From Callorhinchus milii (lineage: Eukaryota): a stretch of DNA of 64,000 bases. The DNA lies in the NCBI RefSeq assembly GCF_018977255.1, contig NW_024704743.1:10418001-10482000 (forward strand). Reading direction: 5' to 3'. This document shows positions 1 to 11,164 of this stretch, piece by piece. The notes below the pieces were generated by a model that did no database searches, was not told where the DNA came from, and was given only the letters and a program-made list of their open reading frames with translations. Within the stretch, counting starts at the first letter, position 1. The number at the start of each line of letters is the position of its first letter. Both the position numbers and the translations under genes were made by a program.

Positions 1-635
1 GGTCACAGATAGAGAGGATGTCATTTGAGACTTTCACAAGTGCAGTCTCTGTACTGTGGGCAGGGCGGAAACCAGACTGGAGGAGTTCGAAGAGGGAGTG
101 GGAGGAGAGGTGTGCGCAGAGTTGATTGACAACAACACATTTTAAAACTTTGGCAAGGAAGGGCAAGTTTGAAATAGGGCGGTAGTGGCTGGGGTTTGTG
201 GGATCTAGGGAAGGTTTTTTTGAGGAGGAGGCTGATGACAGCAGTTTTGAGGGGGGCAGGGACTCAGAGGAGATGGACTTGTTGATGACATCAGCTAGTA
301 GTGGGCAGAGGAGGGGGAGCTAGGTGACCAGCAAGTTGGTGGGGAGGAGGTCGAGGCAGCAGGTGGTGCATTTCATCAAAGTGATGGTGGGTGAGAGGGA
401 GGAGGGAGAGATGGGGAGGAAGGAATGTAAGATGGGGGTCGTGGTAGGAGCTGATGATGGGGATGGTGAGGGGGATGGAGAGGGAGTGGTGGTGGGTGAC
501 AAGAGGATAAGACTGCCTGGCGGATATTATTTATTTTGGTTGAAAAGAAGTCCATGATCTCCTCACACTTGGCATTTGATGTGAAGATTGAGGTGACCTG
601 AGGGCACGCACGGAGGAGGTAGTGGGTGGTGGAAC
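1..635 (-). mobile_element. L2-clade LINE fragment (RT N-terminal region), 5'-truncated, continues beyond the window start
   Basis: Minus strand reads like [33 protein letters not shown], matching the young L2 ORF at 12501-13559 ([31 protein letters not shown]). Confidence 0.9.
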
Positions 636-667
636 TACTACTATTACTGATATTATTACTGTTACAA

Positions 668-3560
668 CTACTATTATGTAGCACTTTATCAAATCCCTTT
701 TTAAAATCCATATAAACTACATCAACTGCACTACCTTTATCCACCCACTCTTATTTCGTCAAAAACTATCAGGTTTGTTGGACACAATTTGCCTTTAACA
801 AATCCGTATTTGCTGTCCTTTATTAATCCGTGTTTTTTTAAGTGAAAATTTATTTTGTCTTGGATTATGGTCTCTGGAAGTTTCCCCACTACTGATGTTA
901 AGATGACTGGCGTGTAGTTCCTGGGTTTATACTTCTGCCCCTTTTTGTACAGAGGAGTAACATTTGCAACTCTCCAATCCTCATGCACCATCTTGGTGTC
1001 CAAGGAGGATTGAAAGATTGTGTCTATTTATTATAATAAATTTTATATTTTATAATAAATAAATATGTAAATAGTCTCCGCTATTTCCATCCATACTTCC
1101 ATCAATAACCTAGGATGCATCCCTTCCAGACTGGGTGACTTATCTACCTTGAACCCCGTCAACCTATTTAGTACCTCCTCTCTGTTTATTCTTATCTTAT
1201 TCAATTTCTCTACTGTCTCCTCCGATACTGTGTCATTGTCTGCATCCTCTTCTTTTGTGAAGACAGATGCAACGTACTTATTCAGTACATCTGCCTCCAC
1301 AAGAAGATTTCTTCTTTGGTCCCACCCTACCTTTGACTAACCATTCACTCTTTATATGCTTATAAAATACCTCAGGATTTTCTTTTTTTGTTACCCATTA
1401 ATCTTTTCTCATACAATTTCTTTGCCCCTCAGTAATTTCTATATTCTATTAGATCTTCTGTATTTTGAACCTTCCATTTATCATAAGCCTTTTTCTGTTT
1501 TATTTTAATTCCAATTTCCTTATTCATCCAGGGAGGTTTAGATGCCCCACCCTTTGTGAGAATGTATTTGTTCTGTCCCCGAACTATCTCCTCCTTGAAG
1601 GCTTCCCATTGCTTGTTATCTCCTCTTTGAATGATTCCCACTGCTGTTTCACCTGACAATCTTTCTTTCCAATCAATCTTGGATGGTTCCTTTTTAAACT
1701 CACTGAAATTATTCCTTTTCCAGTTGAGTATCTTCATCTTTGATTGCTCCTTGTCCCTTTCCATAGGTATTCTAAACCTAATTAAGTTGTGTTCATTGTT
1801 GTCCAGATACTCTCCTACTGAAATCTGCTCCACTTCATTCCCCAGAACTAGATCCAGCGCTGCTTCCTTCCTTGTTGGGCTGGAAACATACTATCCAGAA
1901 AGTTATCCTGCACACATTTCAGGAATCCTTCCCCCTCCTTGCCCTTTACATTGTTAGTTTGCAAGTCTATGTTAGGATAATCGAAGTCCCCCATTTTCAG
2001 TACTCTATTGGTTTTTCATCTTTCTGAAATCTGCTTGCAGATTTGCTCATCTATCTCCTTCCCACTATTTGGTGATCTATAGTAAACATCTAACAGAGTA
2101 ACAGCGCCTTTTCTGCTCCTTAACTCTAACCAAATAGATTCAATGTTTGGATCCTCTAGCACATCATCCCTATCCAAGGCTGTAACACTGTCTTTAATAT
2201 TAGCCCTTTTTCTTTTCCTTCCCTATCTCTCCTGAATACATTATAGCCAGGAATATTCAGCTCCCATTCCTGCTCTTGTTTGAGTCAAGTCTCCATATTG
2301 CCACTACATCATAACCCCATGTGGGAACTTGAGCCACAGCTCACCAATCTTGTTTGTTACAATCCGTGCATTTACACACATGTACTCTAAGACTGATTGA
2401 GTCTGCTCTCCCCCATCTAATCCCTCCTTTTTCTGGACTACTCCTTAGCATTGCTATTCATCTCTCCCAGTCCTCTATGTATCTTGTTTCTCCCATCTGA
2501 TTCTACATCCTGATTCCCTTCCCCCCTCAAAATTAGTTTAAACCCTGCCACACAGCACTAGTTAACCTCCCTGTGAGAACATTGGTCCCAGCCCTGTTCA
2601 GGTGAAACTCATGCACCTTGTACAGATCCCACCTGCCCCAGAACTGGTCCCAATGTTCCAGGAACCTGAAGCCCTGCTTTCTGCACCATTTCTCCAGTTA
2701 TGCATTCATGTGTTTGATCCTGCTGTTTTAATACTCACTTGCACGAGGCACTGGGAGTAATCCAGAGATCACCACCTTTGAGGTCCTATTCTTTAGCTTG
2801 TTCCCTAGCTTCTGATATACTCCCTGTAGGATCTCATCCTCTTTTTCCCCCTATATAATGGATCCCAACATGGATTATGACTTCTGGATGTTCCCCTGCA
2901 GCATGTTTTGCACCCGTTCCATGATGTCTTCAATCCTGGCACCAGGGAGGCAACATACCATACAAGAGTCATGTCTTTGGTTGCAGAAACACCGGTCTAC
3001 TCCTTTTACTGTTGTGTGCTCAATGACAACTGCATTGACACTCTTCCCTATTCCCACTGTGCATCCATTTGCTTTTGACTCCTCTCCTCATAGATGTCAT
3101 CACCCTCACCAATAGTGAGTACAAGAATCGTTTTGTGAGTGCCACAATCTCAGGGGATTTCTGCACTGCCCATTCTCTCTTCCTACCATGCCAGGTAGTC
3201 ACCCACTCACTCTCCTTCTGAAACCCTCTGTGGCGACCACCTCCTGAAACATTTGATTCATGAACTCTTCAGCCATCCATATGCTACATAGTGTCTCCAG
3301 CCTCTCCTCGAGCTCAGAAACTGTGAGCTCAAGCTCGAGCAGCTGGAGACACTTCCTACATATATATTTATCGAGGGCACACAAAGCAATACAGAGTTCC
3401 CACATGGCACACATTGTGCATGGAACAGGTTTCAACTGCCACTCAATATTCCCAGGCATATTTTATGTTATTTTAATATAAATATTATATAATTATGCAT
3501 CTCTTTCCTCCTTCTCACCAAATTCCTGTATAGAATTCCCATTCTGTACAACCTTTCTCT
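668..3560 (-). mobile_element. CR1 LINE with 5' UTR, ORF1 and 5' half of ORF2; degenerate; interrupted in the RT domain by the L2 at 1-635
   Basis: ORF2 pieces DWRVANVTPLYKKG, HGLIKDSKYGFVKGKLC, GSAVDVVYMDFKKGFDKV and endonuclease-region peptides; ORF1 remnants at 2533-3459. Confidence 0.92.
2533..3459 (-). pseudogene. CR1 ORF1 remnant: CxxC..CxxC zinc finger, leucine zipper and SGNH/GDSL esterase-like domain; frameshifted
   Basis: CTMCAMW..YICRKCLQLLELELTVSELEERLETL; AVVI..VKGVDRCFC..DSCMVCCLPGARIEDI; FHLNRAGTNVL near 2580-2620; stop at 2533-2535. This architecture is established for vertebrate CR1 ORF1. Confidence 0.85.
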
Positions 3561-4189
3561 GCTCAAGTGAGGCTCTTGCAAGCATTCCTCTTGATATAGG
3601 CCTCAGACACAACCAATTTCAACTGGTCAGCAAATTTACTAATCCCCAACACCTGGCCTGAGACAAACTGCCAATTTGACTTGTTTGCCTGCTTACAAGT
3701 TTATCTCTTTCTCAAGAAAGATTTCCCACTCTTCTGCTGATTGGAAGAGTTCCATCTTGCTGAAGAAATCCCACTCTGTTCCTTCCTCACTCACGTATGC
3801 CCTCACACTGCTGGGCTTTTTGCTCAAGTCCATTCAGAAATCCATTCAGTCATTTGTAAAGAGAGCAGGAAAGGAGCAAAGTATCAAAAGCACAAGTGTA
3901 CCACCTGCTCGCTCTTCTCAAATGTTGGTTTTCCTGATGCCTACATTTTCTCTGACTAGTGTGGCTGATCAATCAAAAGGCAATCCAAGTAACAAAGATG
4001 TGAATGGATGTTCCTACCTGATCCCCTTGATTCAAGGCCAATGAGGAATAAACAGCCACATTTAAGATAAAACTTTGACTGCTAAACTTGAACTTTCTTA
4101 AAATGTAGAGTAAGATTAATACTTTAGAGATCTACTCTGTAAAAGATTTCATAAGATCACAAGATTGCTTTATATTCACTCAAAAAAGA

Positions 4190-4460
4190 GGTTTGGATGA
4201 AGAAGGCCCTTTAGCCTATCTGATCTCATATTGAATCCCCTCCCTACTTCTGTTTCATCACAGTCTAGAACTGTGTTTTAAATGAGTCCCAGTATCCTGA
4301 CCTCAACTACCCATCTTAATAAACTATTAGAGTCATTAATTATCCTCTGAGTAAAGAAATACTTCCTGGTGTCTGGTCTGAAATTAGTCTTTGCAATTCT
4401 GCACCTGTGTCTTCTTGTTCTACCATCTTGGTACATTTGAAGTCATTAGTATCCTGGTTC
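4190..4460 (-). mobile_element. Old CR1 3' fragment
   Basis: Reverse complement of the CR1 RT C-terminus and 3' UTR (gaaggccctttagcc; aagaaatacttcctggtgtctggtctgaaatt). Confidence 0.7.
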
Positions 4461-4914
4461 TATGCATTGGATTTGATAAATAACGCAAAACAATCTTCAT
4501 TGAAAAAAATCTTTTTACAAGACCAATAATTTACAGACAAATAAACTAACTTGTGACTTTCAAAATAAATCATCAGGAACAAAATTATTGTGAGGTACTT
4601 TGAGATGTGTTGACAATGTTTACAATCATTACAACAAATACAATGATTATTATTATTATTGGTGGATAAGAATCCCAAAATAGTCTCAGGATTTAATGTA
4701 GCATCTATAATGTTGAAACATTGCAAGCAAAGTTCCAGGGAATTTCTGTCAAGTTTAGTGAGTGTGTGTTTGTAGGTGAACACAACAGTAAAGTTGCATC
4801 CAGCAATGTCACACAAAGAGGCATGAAGTGAATGGTACAATTAGCTGAAGGATTGTTGGCCAGGACAACAACAACAACAACAAAATTACATTTGTTAAAA
4901 CACCTCCTATATTG

Positions 4915-5140
4915 TCTCCTTACAGCATCAAGTTGATCCCTAAGCAAGTCCAATGTTTCTGATACTCTTCCTGGTAACCTGTTGGTTATCCCATGTATAA
5001 ATAAATACTTTCTGGTACTTGTTCTAAAATTGCTTTTCAGAACCCAGAAAATGTGCCCTCTTGCTTCATTGCCTTGCTCTCTGCCTCTATAGTCCTCTTA
5101 TGTAGTGGTGACTTGAACCTTACGCAGTACTCCAGGAGCA
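4915..5140 (-). mobile_element. Old CR1 3' fragment, with a short L2 tail (about 4865-4900) next to it
   Basis: cagcatcaagttg..aatactttctggtacttgttctaaaattgc..cagtactccagg; (caa)n-aaattacatttg is the L2 tail in reverse. Confidence 0.6.
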
Positions 5141-5889
5141 AACCTTTCTAATGAAGGCAGAAAGCAACATGATATTTCACTGGAACAAAGCACAACTTTC
5201 TTTCCAAGGCTATAAATGTTTATTTGAAGTCAATAGCGAAACCACAATCTGGCAAAGCACGAGGCAAGATTGAAAACTGATGGTAAGCAGAAACTGACAT
5301 GACATTCGCTGCAATTTGAGCTGCCAAGAACATGACAAACTCCTTGCAGCAGCTACTTGTGAGAGTGTTAGATTCATTGCTGGAAACAGAGACTTGCATT
5401 TTGCCATGGGTTACCAGGTCACATATATTGCAGCTGATGGGTTATCAAGACTGGTTGCTGCTTGCTTTATGACGACAGGTTCAGCCAGAGGAAACCTCTA
5501 CTGGGAATCCCACCTGATACTGCTTTCAGATTGGCGTCCAGAGTTATAGCTGTGTTAACAGACCAGCCAACCCTTTCGCGAGTATGATACATGTAGGTAG
5601 CTGTAACTGACAAGTCTGGTGATGGAATATGTTCAGCAGATGTCCAGCTTCCTATGTACAGTCTTGAGGAAGAAAACTGATGGTTTAACTGACTTTGGAT
5701 AATGTCCAGAAAGCATGCACAGACATTGGTCTGAGACAGACTACTGCTGACTATATAGCACGCCAAGGAGTGCTTGTTATAAATCAGAATAGCCCTTGTA
5801 AATTACACAGTGCAGGTGAAGACCTTTCAACTTCATGTAAGAGTTATTAGTTTAACTGGCACTCCCTGGACATACCTTGAAGCAATTTG

Positions 5890-6030
5890 TATGCAACAAT
5901 AGCTGCGTTTTGCCCACAAAAATATACAGTAAATTCACTTTACAGTATATTCTGTGAAGCGCTTTGAGTTGTCTAGAAGATGTGATAAGGCACTATATCA
6001 AATGGAAAGATTATTATTATTATCATTATC
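5890..6030 (+). mobile_element. SINE 3' fragment (Deu/L2-type tail)
   Basis: gctgcgttttgcccacaaaa..cactttacagtatattctgtgaagcgctttgag..gataaggcactatatcaaatg(att)n. Confidence 0.85.
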
Positions 6031-6719
6031 ATTATTACTATTAATGGAGCTTCAGACTCTACTATGTGATAAAATGCTAAAGTGTAAAACACAATCATTT
6101 CTAAATATCTTTTTTTCAAACATTTTCTTTTCATTTTTAATCTGCCTCATGTGGTGTTTCTGTATTCTGATTTTAAATGCGTGACGGTGCCGCACATCTT
6201 ATTAAGCAATTCAATAAAACTGCTGACATGCCTTATATAAATATCACATACTTTGTTTCCTCTCCAGTATCATCTTTGTTCAGCAATGATAGGCTCTCAT
6301 TAGATCACAAGGTTGGCTCAGATGAACAAAACCCTTTGGACCATTGGATCTCATTCTTCCATACTCACCCTATAACAACATCAACTTGCATTTATATAGC
6401 ACCCTTCACACACTAGCACTGCAAGATCCTACCATCATCCCTTCATAGCATCAAACTTTGTTTTTTTAAATAAGGCCAGTGTCCTGGTCTCAACAACCCT
6501 CCCTTGTAATCTGTCCTAGTAAGATGTGTCTCCAAAAGTTTCATATATGGCAGATGCCGGAAATTATGTGGTGAAATTTGTTCTACATACAAGGAGGTGT
6601 CATCCTTTGGATGAGACAGTAATCCAGTATCTGTTGAATTGTGGATGTAAAACGTTCTATGGCATGATTCAAAAAGAAAAGGGAGTATCTCAAGGTGTGT
6701 TGACCTACAATCCCACAGA

Positions 6720-7070
6720 TAAAAATGGCAATTCACTTCATGGCTATTTCTAGGACATTGCCTGCATGAAAATTTGGCTGCTGCATTCGTCTTCAAAATA
6801 CACAATCCTTACACTTTACAAAGCAATTAAAGAGCTATGAAAATAATTACTTTTTTTCATCTGGGGGATTGTTGGCCAGGACTCTTTTTGAACAGTGTCA
6901 TGGGATCTTTCACACCTTATCTGAAGGATGGCACCTTTGTCATTACAGCACTCCCCAAGCACTGCATTAAAGTATCACCCAAGACTGAGATCAAAGACTC
7001 GACATGAGACTTGAACCCACAACCTTCCAGCTCAGAAGTAAGAAGCACCACTTGAACCAGGCTGACACTT
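6720..7070 (-). mobile_element. Old tRNA-Deu SINE (SacSINE1/AmnSINE-like); a plus-strand SINE piece overlaps its left end
   Basis: gtgtcatgggatctt..tctgaaggatggcacct..gacttgaacccacaaccttc. Confidence 0.7.
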
Positions 7071-7264
7071 TAAATGGGGGTCATCATCGTTAGGGAGAGT
7101 GGGGAGGGAAGCATACATTTCAGTGAAGGACATTGTATATATCTGATCATGTGAGCTTTGAAATACTGTGATGCATTTTTGGGGTGAATGATAGTCAATC
7201 ATGATAATCACAGTTGGAAGGAGACTCCCCCTGAACAGCTATTCATTGCTATGTGTTTAGTTTA

Positions 7265-7690
7265 TAATATAGCAATCTTTGGATTTAATGTAATGCCTTA
7301 TCACATCACGATGTCTCAAAGCTCTTCAGAGGATTTTACTATACAGTGTAGCGACTGTGTATAGCGACTGCGAGGCAGGCAATTTGCATACAGCAATGTC
7401 CTATAAGAGCCATGAAGTGAATGAACAATTTTATCTGGGGAATTGTTGGACAGGACACCGGCAGAGACTCAAATAGTTCAAATAGTGCCATGGGATCTTT
7501 AACATACACTTGAACAACCACTAAACTTGGTTTAGCATCTGATGCGAAAGACAGCAACTTCAACAATACATTGCCCCGAACATTACATTGGACTATCAGC
7601 CCTGACTCTTAGTTCAAAGTCCCAACGTATGGCTTGAACCCACAATCTTCTGACTCAGAGATGAGACTTCTATAAATTGAGCCAGGCTAA
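7265..7690 (-). mobile_element. Old tRNA-Deu SINE, near full length
   Basis: Tail, Deu-like core (aatagtgccatgggatctttaaca) and head (ttgaacccacaatcttctgactcagag..tgagccagg). Confidence 0.8.
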
Positions 7691-9180
7691 TTTAAATATA
7701 TAAAACAAAACTAGTATGGGATATGTTAGCAATTATTCCAAGGATATAGCTATCAATAATTTTTTAACTACAGCAGAGATTGTTTCTATGACTGACTTCA
7801 GCTTGTGCCAAAACAAGCATTATACTAATCAGTCCCCAGACGTACTCTACATGCTCTTCATTACTGACTAGCTGATTATAATTTTGTAGCTCACTATAGT
7901 AGCAGCCTTCAATTCACATGAAAACTGGCTTTGCAGCTAATCACAAGATGGTTTGCTTGAAAATGTCCTGAAAGAAAGTAACTGTGCACTCACTAGGATG
8001 TTAACAGTGTTAATTGGTTCTCAAAACAAGATGTTCATTCAATTCATACCCCCTTACCTTATTCCCAAATCAACTCAAATTTCAAGAGCAAATCATTCTG
8101 TACTGTGACAATTCTCTGGGAGTAGACATTCTTCTGAATCTCTCCTTTTACTCCCTGACTCACAACTTTGAAATCATTCACTCTTGTCCTTGGATCCCTG
8201 ACCAGAAAGATTTCCACTGGTTGGAGAGAGGGGATACATAGATACAAGATGATGACAAAATCTTCCTTTGTTCCACAAGTACTGGCCTGCTTCTTGTCCT
8301 TCGCATTGTCCATCCCACAATCAGCAGCCTTTCAGACATTTGCTCTCTGGAACTCCATCCTTGAGTCTCCAACTCGTTCCCTTCCTCATCTCATTCAAGG
8401 TCCATCTCAAAACCTACCTCTTTGACTGCACTTTCAGTCATTTTTTACTTCTCCACCCTCCACCCTCCGTGGCTCACATCTCAGCTCAGGCGCCCAGCAT
8501 GCATTGGCAAGCATTTCTAGGCGTCCTTCTGACATGAAAAATGCTATGTAAATGTACATATTTCTATGTAAATGTCCACAAAGTCCACAATATATTCTGT
8601 GAAGTGCTTTGACATGCCTCAACGACGTGATAAGGCGCTGTACCAAACTCACGGTTTATTCTTAATATTGTGTTGCATATTCTCGGATTCAATTTTCCTA
8701 CATTTAGTTTCATTCCTGAACATTACCTCCATACTCCTGCTAGAGTTAGGGAAGTTTCAGGTCACAGATTTCCTCTCTTTTTCCAGACACCGCGATGGTT
8801 CAGTGATCTTGACAGCACGATAATACATTTATCGTCTGCTATACTTTTGGAAAGAGAAAGGGCTTAAAGGGTATTGATTTACAGCAGGTAGTCAGGATGT
8901 CTTGCAGAAAATATTTCTTTTTCTCTCAGCCTTTCTGTTTCCTATCAGAAAAGATTTGATTATAGAACCATTATCTGCCAATTTTATGGTACATATGGCT
9001 ACTGCAGGCACCAGTATATGATGGATTCTATATGGTGACAGTGTTAGATAAATGAGATAATTACATTTTCACCAGCCTTTCAATATATTCACGATACATT
9101 ATATTGTATTTCACGATACAAAATACATTATATTTAAGGCTGGTTTACCAACAGACATTTTTACCATAACTGAAAAAAGT

Positions 9181-10805
9181 TAACAATAACTTGCACTTAT
9201 ATAGCGCCCTCCATGCAGGGTAGCATCTCATGGCATTTAACAGTGGGAGAGCCCGAATACAAGCTGGGGTGGTGGTGGTGGGGCGAGGGGGGGATGGGGA
9301 GAGGTCAAAAATAAAGGTGTTAGGTGGGACTTAAAAAAGGGGAGAGAGGGGACAAGGCAGAGGGATTGAGGGAGAGTGGTCCAGAGTTTCGAGGCATAGT
9401 GGCTGAATGCGCGACTTCCAATGTTGAAGTGGAAGGGGTGAGGGACAAGCAGGAGGCCAGTGCCAGTTGAGCCGAGGCGCCGGGTGGTGGAATGGGGAGT
9501 GAGGAAGTCAGAGAGGTAGGTAGATGCCAAGGCGTGAAGGGATTTGAACATGAGTGTGAGGATCTTGAAGTCGATCTATTCGGTGAGATTGGGGCACAGA
9601 GTGGGCGGCAGAGTTCTGAATGAGCTGGATTTTTAATATTGGAGCTGGGGAGACTGGTGAGGAATGCTTTTGGGTAATCCAGGCGGGAGGTGGCAAACGT
9701 ATGCAAAAGGGTTTTGGCTACATTTGGGGTAAGGAGCAGTCAGAGGCTGGCAATGTGGCTGCAGCTGGAGGAAGCAAAGTAGATTTGTGCATCATCCACA
9801 TATATTTTTTACCCCGTGTCTGTGGATGAAATCACTAACAGGGAGCATGCAGATGAGGAAACAAAGGGGGCTAAGGATGGAGCCCCGGGTACCCCTCAGG
9901 TGACCAGGCTGGCATGAGAGGAGAAACCATGTGGTTTTAAGTGGGAGTGGAACAGAGCCTGAGGAGAGAGACTGGTTGACCATGTTGGCCAGCAGGTTGG
10001 AGAGAAGGGGGAATTGAGTAACCAGCAGCTAGGTGGGGAGGGGTTCGAGGCAGTTGGTGGTGAACTTCATTGGGTAATTGTGATTGAGAGGAGGGAGAAA
10101 TGGGCGCAAAGTAGTATAAGGAGTGGTGAGTGGCAGGAGCTGCAATGGAGGGAGAAGGCTATGTGGATGGAAGGGGACATGGAGGAGAGGATGATGGAAC
10201 CACGTGAATGTTTTCAATCTTTGAGGTGAACAAGTCTAGGACCTCTTCGCACTTGGTGTTTGATGTGAGGACAGGAGGAGCTTGAGGGGGTGCACGGAGG
10301 AGGTGATGGACAGTTGAAAACAGTGGCTTTGGGTTGTTTTTTGGCCTCCAGGATGACTTTGGAGTATAAGTCAGTTTTTGCCTGTGAAAGGGATTTCAGG
10401 GGAGCCAGGGAATTAAAGGTTGTGGAGAGATGGTCATTCAGCAGCTTGATAGCGGCATCAGGATTGTTGGGGGTGGAGTGCCAGAGGGAGAGGAGTACAA
10501 GGAAGAGAGGGTATTTGTGAGGGACTCAGTGGAAAGATTTTTACAGAGGTGGAAAAGGATGGTGGAGAGCTTGGAAAAGCAGAGTGGGATGCGGGAGGAG
10601 AGAGAGATGAGGAAGTGGTCCAAGATGGCCTTATATGGATGGCCTTATATGGGATAGACAGGTCGGAAATGACAAGGCCCTGTGTGATGATGAGGCTGAG
10701 GGGGTGGCCATGGTTGTGGGTTTGTGAGTTGATGGGGAGGGTGAGGTTTAAGGAGGAGAGGAGGGCACTGAAATCAGAAGATAATGCTGGGTTGTTGATT
10801 TCCTT
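9181..10805 (-). mobile_element. L2 family B LINE, degenerate, with internal deletions
   Basis: Peptides FKSLHALASTYLSDFL..IGSRAFSHYA, TSRLDY, and endonuclease C-terminal THNHGHPLSLIITQG; tail gatgctaccctgcatggagggcgctatataagtgcaagttattgtt. Confidence 0.9.
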
Positions 10806-10854
10806 CACAGAAGAAGCTGGATAATTGTTTGGTTGGGAACTAGTATGGAAGGAT

Positions 10855-11095
10855 GTGGTGATAGGTACAGATTGAAATGAGAAAATACTTCATGAGATAA
10901 AATACTGCATTGCTTATGCAGGCGTTAATTTGTAGCATTGAACATCAGAACTGTGGAGCATGGATGACTACCTGAAGTAAGTTTCACTTGGATAATTGTG
11001 AGGAAGGGATAGGGTCAGACCGGCTGTTTGTAGTTTGTGGAGGGAGCAGACTTGATAGACTTTGTAGCATTTTCTTGTTCCATGTTCTTTTCTTC
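10855..11095 (+). mobile_element. Old CR1 3' end
   Basis: gagaaaatacttca..gggagcagacttgatagac..cttgttccatgttctt. Confidence 0.55.
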
Positions 11096-11164
11096 CTATG
11101 GAATCTTTGGTAAAGAATCTATTGATTCATCCATTGATTTTTCCATTCCATCTGACAGTCAGCA

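Noticed and set aside
3676..4044. 122-aa ORF in unique sequence
   Set aside because: TTG start, no recognisable domain, no convincing splice sites
5316..5549. IAADGLSRL resembling the Gypsy RNase H end (ADALSR)
   Set aside because: Single short motif with no supporting RT or integrase motifs in any frame
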